Assembly: GCF_009914755.1 (NCBI RefSeq)
Contig: NC_060931.1
Direction: 5' to 3' (one strand)
Source of the DNA: the human T2T-CHM13v2.0 reference genome, Homo sapiens
DNA: 64,000 bases
In this document: positions 29,376-42,398 of the stretch, one piece after another
Layout: each line of letters begins with the position of its first letter
Position numbering within the stretch: the first letter of the stretch is position 1
Program-made: the position numbers and the translations under genes
The notes under the pieces: model-generated
What the model saw: the letters and a program-made list of their open reading frames with translations, nothing else
Databases searched by the model: none
Told to the model about the DNA's origin: nothing

Positions 29376-32089
29376 CAGAGCCAAGCAAATAACAGGACTG
29401 GTCAAAATACAATTCTAGAAACTTGAATTGATAACAACAGCAAAACCATGGCCAGAGATGCGTATTCTGAAATGTGTAGAAATGTTAAGAATAAAGTAAT
29501 TTTTAAACTTCCATTATAATACTTTCCATTAAAATATGTTGTGAATAATTCTTAACCTTAAGAAAAAAATGGCAGATCTATGAAGCGTTACAGAATCCTA
29601 AAATACATTCTAGGATAGCTTTAAAATATTTTAAAATGTAAACAATTAAAACTTTTCAAAATTCATTTTAAAAACACTACAATGTGAGATTGGGCTGTAA
29701 AGAAAATTGAAAGATTCTTCTGTTACTGATAATAAAAGAGAATAAATGTCCATTAATTGCTCTAATTTAATGTATTTGTCGGCTGTGTAATAATTTTTGG
29801 TGACTCAGATATGCAAACACACCAGTACATTCACATGGCTTAATTACGTATATTCTTTTATGGTAAAGGGAGATGGAAAAAAAAAAAAAGCAAAAAGGAA
29901 AGTTTTACTTGGCGTCTTCCATGAGAAAACCTCATTCACTCGTTTCCCTCTTCTACCCAGAAAAGATAGAAAGAGGAGAAATTAGAGGAAATGCAATAAT
30001 AAATAAAGACAAATAAGTAAAAGAAAAAGAGAAGAGCTCCAACAGAAAAAAAGAAAAAAGGGCCAATTGCTTTCTTCTTTCCAAAAACTAGGAAAACAAA
30101 GAGGCAAGGAGAAAGAGGAAAAAAAGAATATTTCTTAAAGTTCATGGTTCTCGTCCCTTCTCCTTTCCCAATCCTCATCACCACTGGCTTAAGGTGGGAT
30201 ATTCCTTGTTTCTACTGTATGATAGATACAGCTGAGGGTTTGGGAAGAAATTTGTCCTACTGTGAGGGTTGGTGTGGTGAGGGAATAGTAGGGATATGAG
30301 TGGGTGGAATGGGAAACACATTTAGAGTTCCATTAAATATAGAAACTCTAAATGTATTTTCATACAGCCATAAACTGAACTTACATTCTATAGTCCTATG
30401 TTTCAGAAACATTATGAGATAAAAAGGCTGTTGTGGCTCACCCTGGGATCTACAAGCCCTTTAACATTGTTTCTAAAGAAATGTATAAACAAATTTTGTT
30501 TTGATTTATATATAAATATTAACAATAGAATTTATATATTAACACAATTAAATTAAAAAATCTATAATTTGAGAAATTTGTAATTTATATATAAACAAAA
30601 TTAAATTTAAAAATCTATTTATAATTTGAGAATTGTCTATATATCTAAGAAGTACAGCAAAGGTGTCTACCTTCCCCACAGGAAGCCAGTGCCTGTTAGA
30701 GAGCCTAGAAAAACAATGTGTTCAAGTAGGAAGCAGGACCATGAGGATGGAAAATAGAAACCTTTCAAATTCAGCCGAACATGGTAACTTTACTGCTCTA
30801 GAAGGGAAAGCCAAGACTACCCTAAAAAGGGAGGAGACTGCAACCTACCTGTAGAGGCAAATAAGAAGGACTTAAGAGTATTTTAGAGTCCACTGGATAA
30901 AGGGAATTCACACTAAAGAAGAGTGATAAACAAGGCTAAGCTGTATTCTGTACCTGTTCCATGCATGTGACTTACTTTTTATAGTTCATTCACTTCTATA
31001 TTCTCATCTGTGACTTTATTGTTATAATAAACAGAGTTTCCCAAGTGTTAGAATTGTGAAGGGGTACAGGTGATAAGAATGCTACTTTAATGAGGGTACA
31101 ATCCTAAGACAGAGTGCTAACCCCTCAAGTGGCAGCCAAAATACAATCTGGAAGATATGTAAGAATCTGCTAGAAACAATACATTCAAGCAGTCTTTTCT
31201 CTTGTTTTGTAATTTTTTTCCTATAAAATATGTCTGGGAAATGGCTTCCATTTTGTTGCAGGGTACAGACCTCCTTGTTTAAATGTACGCCTGGACATGC
31301 ACACATACTCTCTCTCATATACACACATATGCACAAATACAAGGGAGCATCAATATTTCACATTTTTAACTGCAGGACCTACATTTCTCTCCCAAATTCC
31401 CAATATGTCTACCTAAATAGCAAGAAGGAAAGTGGAAAAGAAATTAAAATTCATTCTTGTGCTTCCTGTAGCAGTAGCTTAGAAGCAATTATGGCCACAG
31501 TAACCACTATGATCTGCTTCATTGCCTCCGTGCCTGTTCTCACACATTAATGCCAAAACAGAAAAACCAACCTCAGGGTAAACCATATCTAATTAAATTA
31601 CTTTCTACCTGTAATCTAGCCCCATTCAGTAGCATAATTTTCACTGAAGAAGCTGAAGTATGTTTAGACTATATGTTTTAAATGGTGGTATAATTTGCCT
31701 TGCTATTGGCAAACATCACCGCCTCTTTTATACTTTCCTATGGAACTTTCAAGAATTGCTACACTTTAAAAACACCAAAAATGATCACTAGGTAAGCTGG
31801 ATAATCATTATTGTTTTCTGACATACAATCACCTAGATTCTTTAAGTGAAAACAATGGCAACTGTTCTCATCACCAACTTTCTAGTTTACCATAAATAGC
31901 TCCATTCTTCTCCTTTCCCATTTTCTCTATAGAAACCACAACACAACCAGTACCAAATATACCAAAAGGAACTATTATTTTCACCTCAGTTTACAGGAAG
32001 AAGAAAATAGAGAATGGATTTTGTTTTACCTCTAATATACACGTTTGCTTAGGGTAAAGAAGTAGCTTTTTGCTTCCCACCATGGTTAC

Positions 32090-32146
32090 CTTCTGAGGAA
32101 GGTGATAATTTCCTTCTTAGACTGGTTGTTGACACTACAATAACTT
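32090..32146 (-). CDS. HYCC1: Candidate in-frame 57-nt cassette exon (EVIVVSTTSLRRKLSPSSE)
   Basis: Acceptor cttccctcctacctag|AA with ~83-nt AG-free zone; donor GAAG|gtaacc; phase 1-1; no stop codon. Confidence 0.5.
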
Positions 32147-32828
32147 CTAGGTAGGAGGGAAGTTATAAAAATAATATGAAATTAAATAAAGAACAATAAA
32201 TTAAAAGACAAGGGAGGGAAATGGGAAAGCACTGAAAAAGCCATAGTGAATGAAAATGACTTCCAATAAAATTTTAAAATAATAAAATGAAGCAGACAAG
32301 AAGGGATATATATATACACACACACATACACAGAATCTTGAAAGAAAATTAACTTCAAGAAAATACAACTAGTGTTGCGTCAACACTATGGCATTCTTTA
32401 CCAGAAAGTGCAGACAAAGTGTTTAAAGTCCCTATTAGTTGTTCTACTTCAATATGTAAATTCACTTGCTTAAGAGTTCACTGAGAAATCAGAAATATTA
32501 ATTAAGGAACATTTGCAAATACTTTTGAATACAAGCCCAAAATGTATGAGTAATTTTAAAATGCATTTTCCTTATTCTCCTACTGAAGTAACAATTTCAA
32601 ATTGAATATGATTTTTAAATACATTTTCATTCATATGTGTAACATAAGGGGCTCCATTTTTCTTACTGCCTATTGCTCCTAGATAATAAATTAGGAGTTA
32701 AGGGCAACTCCACAGCTCTTTCTTCCAGATTACTATTTACTGAAGTTAGAAGTTATAGCACCATAAGTACAGTGAAAAATGTAAAAGAATCAACAATGGT
32801 TTGACTTGAAGAGTTACGTATTTCTTAC

Positions 32829-32988
32829 CATGTCTTTTCCACCTATGACCCCTTATTGACATGCTGGTTACTGCATTTCTTGATATTCGAGAGGAAGTTG
32901 GTGTGATTTCAACTTGAATACACCTTGTACCTTCCTTATTAGATTTCATGGGACCATGAGGCAATGAAGCCTTTATTGCATTAGCAAC
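32829..32988 (-). CDS. HYCC1: Hyccin exon 10 (160 nt)
   Basis: ttctccttag|GTT...CATG|gtaaga; [12 protein letters not shown]...RGHRWKRH. Confidence 0.97.
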
Positions 32989-33340
32989 CTAAGGAGAAAA
33001 AATATAGTTTAAGATCAACATGAGCAGATAGAGCAGATATATTATCTAACCCTTCGATAAAACATGATGCTAAACAGGCTTATACAAAGAGGCTCTTCCC
33101 AAGCATTTTATAAGATGATACAGAAATCCTCTAAGATAAGAATAGGAGGCTAAGAGGGAAATTCATGGTTAAAAAAATATGTAAATGATAAAGTTAAAAA
33201 TTTCAAAATATTCAATTAGATTTCCAAATGCCTAATGTTAATTAATAAATGCAGCTAAAGTATGTTAAGGAGAACAATTCTCATAAGTTAAAAAGACAGT
33301 TAGGTGTCTAGGAAGTCAGTCTAATAAAAATTTTTATTTT

Positions 33341-33644
<304 letters not shown>

Positions 33645-33802
33645 TTATTTGTTACTTTTCTAAGTTATAAAACTTCCATGTATAACAAGAGCATGAATAC
33701 ACTGAGTATTAATGACATATTAATAAACTATGAATGGCTCTCTCTCAATTTATAGTTCTAAATTGAGAAATCTTAAATTATAACATTTACATAAATAAGT
33801 CA

Positions 33803-33907
<105 letters not shown>

Positions 33908-34404
33908 TTAGATGAATTAAATGAAGAAATTATAATTATTTATAACTGAACAAAATACAATGAGAAACTATCTTTACTGAAGAAAATAAAAGATCATATT
34001 AGCACATTGCTTAACATTCTACTCCTCTTAAAAATGTATCTTTAAATCTTTGAATTCCTTTCAATTGCATCTAAATGCCTATTAATAGCAAAGAAAATTT
34101 TATAGATGTACATTTCTTCTCTAAAGAACATGACTATTTATAGAACAGAAATAAAAAAAGCTAAGGCAATTTCAAAGCATTTTATACTTTCAAAGCAAAT
34201 CAGAGAATAATAAATTATATACCTTAGAAAAATGTTCAGAACACTTTATGGCCAAATTATTCTGTAACTCCCACAGTTTTTAATGAGAATCTACTACCAG
34301 TGTGGCTTGCAGTATCCTGAGTAGTTATTTCTTTGCATTCTGATAATCACTTAGAAGTGTATTTGCTACATGTTGCAAATAGCAGAGCAACTTGAGGGAA
34401 AAAG

Positions 34405-34470
34405 TGTGTGTGCATGTGTGTGTGTGTCTGTGCATGTGTGTGTGTGTGCATGTGTGAGTGTGTGTGTATG
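34405..34470. repeat. Imperfect (TG)n microsatellite
   Basis: gtgtgtgtgcatgtgtgtgtgtgtctgtgcatgtg... Confidence 0.9.
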
Positions 34471-34549
34471 CATAATTTTCAAAGATATGCCAAACCCTTC
34501 CTAAAAATCAGCTAAATTACAAAAATGAACAGGGATATAGTGGCTTGAT

Positions 34550-36162
34550 CAACTTCCAACAAAATAAAGAGGTATAAATTACATCAAGAGTGCAAGCGAG
34601 GCCTAAAAACTGGCAAGAACATTGCTCCCACCATAAAAACAAGATAAAGCCAGGTAATCTACAAAATTATAAATTCTCAAGAATCCATCAAAGAGCCGAG
34701 GTAACAAGGGCTTCCACATAGCCGGAACCCTAAAGGGAGACAGGTGCCTCTAAGGAGAGATGGGCCACAATACAAGCAGGTAAGAAACATTTAGCTAATT
34801 TTCTTAACAAATTCCTAGAAGCCAAATTGCTAAAAGGTAACTCATGGGCTAGCAGGAGAGTACAGAATCTCTAAAAGCACATACAAGTGGGAGCCTGTAT
34901 CCACCACAGGCTCTTCGCCATAAATCTCCTTTAGGCACTCACAAGAAAAACTAGAAACAGGGCAGGTCAGAGAAAACTGCCCTTGATGGTATAGGCCTGA
35001 AGGAAAAGAGTAACCACTCCTGTGAGAAAAGTACAAAGAGCCAGCCAGATGCCTTTATCACACAGAACAAAAATTTTAAAGCCTTTGGGGAAAGAGCAGC
35101 AATCCCTTTCACCCCCCAGCGAACAAGTGAAGACCAATTCGGCTCTGAGGGTAAGAAAAAAAAAAAAAAGCAAAAAACCTCTCATTCTATGCTGAGATAA
35201 GTAGTGGGGGTCATCACTGAAGGGGCAGGACTACTGAGAAACTCCCATCCCTGAGATGCGGGGACATGGGATCAGCCTAAAACTGAGGCTGGACCAGGAC
35301 AACAGAGAACACTACCTCCCCCCATTTCCATGCCCCCCCACCCAACCCCACCACCTCCCCAGCCACCACCAGGCTAGTGCACACCCAGAACCAAGCAACA
35401 GAACTGTACTGCTGGAGGAAGGGGTGAGAACATGGAAAGAAACCTATCTGCAGTGGAGGCATACAGAGAAGGCTGAAAGCTGAGGACGAAGCAGGAGTAT
35501 TAAGAAAAACCCTCCAGCAATCCAGCTCTCCACCTAAGTACCAGGTAGCACTAGAGGAATTTGAAGTAGATGGTGCCCTGAGGGTAACCATAACAACAAA
35601 ACCCAATCCTAGGTCACTTCTGCCTATAATAATTCCACTAGCAGCCTAGAAGAGGCATGCCCATTTCCTGTCATAAATAATATTTACCTCAGTCTCTACT
35701 GTCCTACTGCTAAACAAAATCATGAACAATCAAAAATTACAAGGCACATGAAAAGCAAAACAAACAAGACCAACTCTGTCAAGAGATAAAGCAAGCAGTG
35801 GAACTAAATTCATAGATGACCTAAATGTTGAAGTTATTTGGGAAATTAAAATAACTATGACTAATATACTAAAGGCTCTAGTGGAAAAGACGGACAACAT
35901 GCATGAACAGATGAAGATTTCAGCAAAGAGACGGGAACTACAAGAAAGAGTCTAATGAAATGGTTAGAAATAAAACACGGTAACAGAGATGAAAAATGCC
36001 TTCAGTGGTCTCCTTTCTAGACTTGATCTAGTCAAGGAAAAAAATCCATAAATGCTGAAGATATAGCTAACAGAAATTACTCAAACTGAAACACAAAGAA
36101 AAAAGATAAAATAAAGTAGATCAGAGCATCCAAGAACTGTGGGACAATATTAATGGTCTAAC
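34550..36162 (+). mobile_element. Old L1M 5'UTR/ORF1 fragment
   Basis: gagatgaaaaatgccttcagtgg...cagagcatccaagaactgtgggacaat resembles L1M ORF1; left boundary uncertain. Confidence 0.65.
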
Positions 36163-36163
36163 A

Positions 36164-36365
36164 CAAGGGTCAGAAAATTTTTTCTTAATGGGCCAGACAA
36201 TAAGTATTTTAGGCTTGTGGGCCGTACAGTCTCACCTATTCAACTCTGCCATTGTAACACAAAAGCAGCCATAGACAATACATAAACAAACACGCATGAC
36301 TGTATTGCAAAAAACTTGACAAAAACAGGCATCAGGCCAGACTGGGCCCACAGACCATAAATTCT
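36164..36365. mobile_element. MER58A-like DNA transposon
   Basis: gggccagacaataagtattttaggcttgtgggcc...ctctgccattgtaacacaaaagcagccatagacaatac. Confidence 0.8.
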
Positions 36366-36991
36366 GCCTTTAAGAAGTTTATAAATTCTGTCTTCAAAAA
36401 GTTTATACTCTACTAGAGAAAATTAAAAGTATCAAGTGAATATAATGCAAAGTAAATGAGATACATATAATAAGAGAATTATAAAGTAAAAGATAGGGTT
36501 CAAAGAAAAATACTAGTACCCAAGTCATCAGGTAAGACAGACTGAGCGCCAATATTAGAAACTAATAGAAAGCTAATAATAAACTATTTCTAATCAAAGA
36601 GGCTCTGAAATTTTTTTAAGAGCTAAAGTTTCTGGCAATGGAAAAATATATTTCTTGAGGAAAAAAAGCTATTTGGAAATTATAGCAAAAAAAAAAATGA
36701 AGAAAGGGACCATGAATATATTTAAGTGTTACTGATTTTCATTCCGTCCTTGAATTTAAGAAAGATGATGAAGTGTTTTAGTTGGTTAGAAATTCTTCAG
36801 AACTTTAAAAGATATGTTTTAAACTAAGATAATAGTTTTAAAGTATTAAAACTATTATCAAGATCTTCATATTTCACAAAAAGTATGCAAATCACTTATC
36901 TATTGACATTATAATATAGTGACAATAGATGAACAGACTATAATTTTCCAAAGAAATTAAATGTTTATTTCGCATATGATGAGATACTTAC

Positions 36992-37108
36992 AAGGCAAAA
37001 TAAATCCCTGTTAACATTTGCACCATGAATCCTGAAGAAACTGGTATCCTGCTACTTATACCTTTATATTTTCTTACATGTTGTCGAGGATATCCACAAA
37101 CACAGATT
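36992..37108 (-). CDS. HYCC1: Hyccin exon 8 (117 nt)
   Basis: ttttctag|AATC...CCTT|gtaagt; [16 protein letters not shown]...MLTGIYFA. Confidence 0.97.
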
Positions 37109-37429
37109 CTAGAAAAACCAAAATAAATGTATTTCTAAAATTGGTAAAATTTTAGGTGATTTATTTTAACATTTATAAGCCAACAATGTACTAGGTACAC
37201 TTTCATAACAAACCTAATATTTATGAAACAAAGAATCTTTCCAAACAGAACATTTGTCTGTAATACATTCCTGAGTAAGTTATACCAGGAAAAAACATAT
37301 AAAGCTGAGGTATGTTGATACACAGAGTAAGTGAACCAGATTCACTTACTGGTTAGTTCGCTAATTTTGGTCAATTAACTACCAATAATTTTTGGGTACT
37401 GCTAAACCTACTACATGAAACTTGGCACT

Positions 37430-37742
<313 letters not shown>

Positions 37743-38073
37743 GAAACTTGGCACTATTTGTCATAAATAGATGTGTGGTATGATCCACAATTTCTGACAA
37801 AGTTCTTGACACAAACTGCAGGATCCAAAAAAATTCTATAAATTAGACTCAAACTTCATGCAGTATACCATAATAAACTTCAGATAGATTATAACCGTTA
37901 ATGTTTAAAAACCACAAAGGAAATAAAACATAGGCAAATAGTTACATACTCTTTGCATGCTACCTAAACATGACACCAAAGGTAGAATGCTAAAGAAAGA
38001 TCAATAGATTTTACTTTTTTTTTTTCAAGAAACTACCATAAACAAAATGACATGTAAATAAATATTTATTTCT

Positions 38074-38191
38074 TGGCACATGTATACCTATGTGACAAAC
38101 CTGCATGTTCGGTACATGTGTCCCAGAACTTAAAGTAAAAAAATAAAAATAAAAAGAAGACATGGAAACTAAAAAAAAAAAAAAAACAAAG
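38074..38191 (+). mobile_element. Severely 5'-truncated L1PA (PA7/8-like) 3' end with two A tracts and a TSD
   Basis: tggcacatgtatacctatgtgacaaacctgc...cccagaacttaaagt; TSD aaatatttattt at 38060-38071 and 38192-38203. Confidence 0.85.
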
Positions 38192-38214
38192 AAATATTTA
38201 TTTATTATTATTAG

Positions 38215-38488
38215 TTTTTTAAAGTCAAGGTCTTGCTGTGTGCCTAGGCTGGAGTGTAGTGGCATGATCATGGCTCACTGCAGCCTTGAACTCCTGGGTT
38301 CCAGCAATCCTCCCATCTCAACCTCCCCAGTACAGGTGCATGTCACCACACCTAGCTGTTTAAAACAAAATTTTTTTTTGAGATGGGGTCTTGCTATGTT
38401 GTCCAAGCTGGTCTTGAACTCCTGACATCAAATAATCCTCCCACATCAGCCTCCCAGTCGCTGAGATTACAGGTATCACACTCAGCTC
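38215..38488 (-). mobile_element. AluJ element
   Basis: atcatggctcactgcagccttgaactcctggg, AluJ-type diagnostic. Confidence 0.9.
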
Positions 38489-38854
38489 CAGAAATATGTA
38501 TTATAGTGAGGAATATTTAAGGAGTACTAAAGCTAAGGAGCATTTATTATAACGAAAAGGAAGCAACCTAAAAGTCCAACACAGGAGACCAATTATATAA
38601 ATCATTCAGAGAATACTATAGAAACTAAACATAATGTTTTGAAAATCTATTTAAATGACAGGGAAAAAAAACTGTCCAAAACAACAGATGCAGCATAATC
38701 CCATTTTGCAATAAACAAATAGGCGTATAGTGTGTGTCACTGCAAAAAGTACATTAAAAAGTCATAGTTATCTCTGATCTGTGGGATTATAGATCTATTT
38801 TCTTCTTTATATTTACATGTATTTTTGAACTTTCTGACCAACATGCACTGTTTT

Positions 38855-39096
<242 letters not shown>

Positions 39097-39654
39097 TAAA
39101 CAGTAAGTTTTTATTTTTAATAAATTTACTAGAAAATAGATGCTTTCACATAATATTCTATGCTTGATATAATATGAGCTTCACTTAATATAATACTAGC
39201 CAATAGATTGTAATTATTTACTCACTCTTCCCCCGCACTGACTACCTAGAACTTAAAGTTATTTCCCCTACTCAATGAATCTAAGCCTTCACTTTAAAAT
39301 GTCTAAGTATGCCACAGACCATTTCAAAAATATTCCCCAAGAATGTCATTAATTCAGAGCAACTTTAAAAAATCAACATAAATGCATTTGATATTAGAGG
39401 ATCCCAGAACTTTTTAGAACCAAGAGTAAAAAGTAAGCAGGGAAACAGAAAAATTAGCTGCATGTGAAATAAAACAAACTCAAGTTTTGTTTGAATTTAC
39501 AAAAATGTATGCCCAAACTAGAATAGAGACTCCTGTTACTCTTATTAACTAAAGAAGCAAACAAAAAATTTTACTTTCTTACATCTCACATTGTTATGAT
39601 AGGGATGATTGTATGGTTGTAAATAATAGAGAACCGATGGATGAAAGAAATTTT

Positions 39655-40470
39655 CAGTTAATTCATTTATTCATTCTGTAAATATTTATTAAAGATTGAT
39701 ACTGTGTCAGACTCTAGAGATATACATGATGGATGTAGCTCCCACAGGGACTCACAATCTAATCATGGAGACTGTGTAGTAAGCAAATATTTTCAATGAA
39801 CAAGTTCAAGATGTGGTAAAGGAGAGAATGGTAAACTCAGGTAGAAGAAGCGGAGAGTCAGAGAGGAATTCTCAGAAAAGAGATTCCTTTGAATTGAGTC
39901 TTGAAGAAAAAGTGATATTTTTCCAAGTGGAAAACATAGGAAAGTTCAAAGGCAGAGGTGGGATGAAACAGCATGACATTGAGGAGACTGTGGATATTTT
40001 AGCAGGATAGAGGGCTAGGACACTAGGAAATACTAGAGAAGCTCATCACATCATGGAGCCAGAACATGAATATCTTATAACCTGCTAGGTTTTACCACGT
40101 AGACACTGGTAAACAACTAAAGATGTTTTGTTTTGTTTTAAGCAAAGGAGTACCAAAATCAGATTGGTCTTCCGATAACATCACTCTGGCTATATTGGAA
40201 GAGTTCATTGAAACTGGAGATGGGTGGGATGAGGATCCCAGTAGTGAGATGAAGGAGGACTGAATACAAGACATAATGGTGGGTAGGAGGAAGGGTAGGT
40301 TTGGAGTCATATCTAGGAAGTATAAAGAAGGTGAGACCAAAGAAATAAGAAGAGTGGATAATTATTTCCACATTTAGTTTGAATAGCTGACCACATGACG
40401 GTGTCATTAACTGAGTTAGAACAAATAGGAACACTGGAATATACTGTTTCAGATATGTTGATTTTTAGGT
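39655..40470 (-). mobile_element. L2 fragment
   Basis: attcatttattcattc...atatttattaaag...tgtgtcagactct; degenerate L2 body. Confidence 0.6.
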
Positions 40471-40649
40471 ACCGTGGTATAGTATCAATTTTGTCTGCCA
40501 TGCCACCATCCCTATCTTCTATTAAAAGCACTGCCATCCCTCTTCCCTTTAGGAACTAGTCTTTCCCCATAAAATCAAGAATAATCACATGATTATGGTG
40601 AGTCTGCTAATAAAACTATCTATTACAGAGATCACTACCTCCATATCTA

Positions 40650-41137
40650 TTTGTAATAATACATACATATAAGTCACATTCCCTTCCTTTCCCCCAGCAA
40701 TTTTAGCTAGGAATGCCAGCCGCTCCACTACAGACTACATTTTCTAGCTTTCCTTGCATTTAGATGTGATCATGTGACTAAGTTCTAGACAATGGTGTAT
40801 TAACCAAAGTGGTGAAACTTCCGGGTCATACCCCTAAAAAAACTTCTATGTCATACCCCTAAAAAGCAGCTACTTGCCTTTCACTCCCTTTCTCCCCACT
40901 TGCAGGATAGAAGGCAGATGTAATAGTAGTGATCTGAGACCATACCTACAAGGGCAATACCATAGGAAATGGCAGAATCCCCAGACAGAAGCAACTTGAA
41001 CACATTGGAAACATAAGCAATCTACCTCTGAGACCACCTACCAGCTTGGACTTTTATGTGAGAGAGAAATAAATATCTACTTTAAGTTATCATTGTTTAT
41101 CTGTGTTAATACAACCAAAGCAATATTTAACCTGACA
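40650..41137 (+). mobile_element. ERVL LTR (LTR33/LTR16-like)
   Basis: ccttgcatttagatgtgatcatgtgactaagttctagacaatgg...ggacttttatgtgagagagaaataaa. Confidence 0.6.
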
Positions 41138-41282
41138 GAGTACTCTTCCAATTGTATTACCCAACATGGCCCTATAGGGGTATGTAGAAGTCTCAGGCTG
41201 TCACCCCCTTTGCTGGATGTTTTTAATACTGAAGCTGGGAGAAGTTCTTTCTGCTGAGGTCACTAAAAGCAGACAATGTAAG

Positions 41283-41597
<315 letters not shown>

Positions 41598-41703
41598 TTA
41601 GCTGCCTGAGGTCACTGTTCTTACCACATGGAAGAAGCCTATCTGCAAAAACAAAGTACAGTGCCAACAAATGAAGATGATGAGATGGGAGGGAATATCC
41701 TAA

Positions 41704-42057
<354 letters not shown>

Positions 42058-42090
42058 TGACTGCTCTTCCTAGGTACAAAAATTTGGGTG

Positions 42091-42398
42091 TTTTTTTTTG
42101 GTTTTTTTTTTTTGAGATGGAATCTCACTCTGTCGCCCAGGCTGGAGGGCAGTGGCACGATGATCTCAGCTCATTGCAACCTCCACATCCCGGGTTCAAG
42201 CAATTCTCCTGCCTCAGCCTCCCATGTAGAAGGGATTACAGGCACCCCACCACTACATCTGGCAATTTTTGTATTTTTAGTAGAGGTGGGGTTTTGCCAT
42301 GTTGGCCAGGCTGGTCTCAAACTCCTGACCTCAAGTGATCTACCCACATCGGCCTCCCAAAGTTCTAGGATTACAGGTGTGAGCCACCGCATCTGGCC
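42091..42398 (-). mobile_element. AluS element
   Basis: Full dimer with T-tract. Confidence 0.96.

Noticed and set aside
32746-32828. Read-through of exon 10 into the intron giving a hydrophobic tail ([27 protein letters not shown])
   Set aside because: The exon 10 donor (G|gtaaga) is strong, I saw no canonical AATAAA close downstream, and hydrophobic peptides are expected from U-rich intron sequence
34405-34470. Three tgcatg motifs in a TG repeat as an RBFOX cluster
   Set aside because: They are on the + strand; the HYCC1 pre-mRNA reads CAUGCA/CA-repeat here
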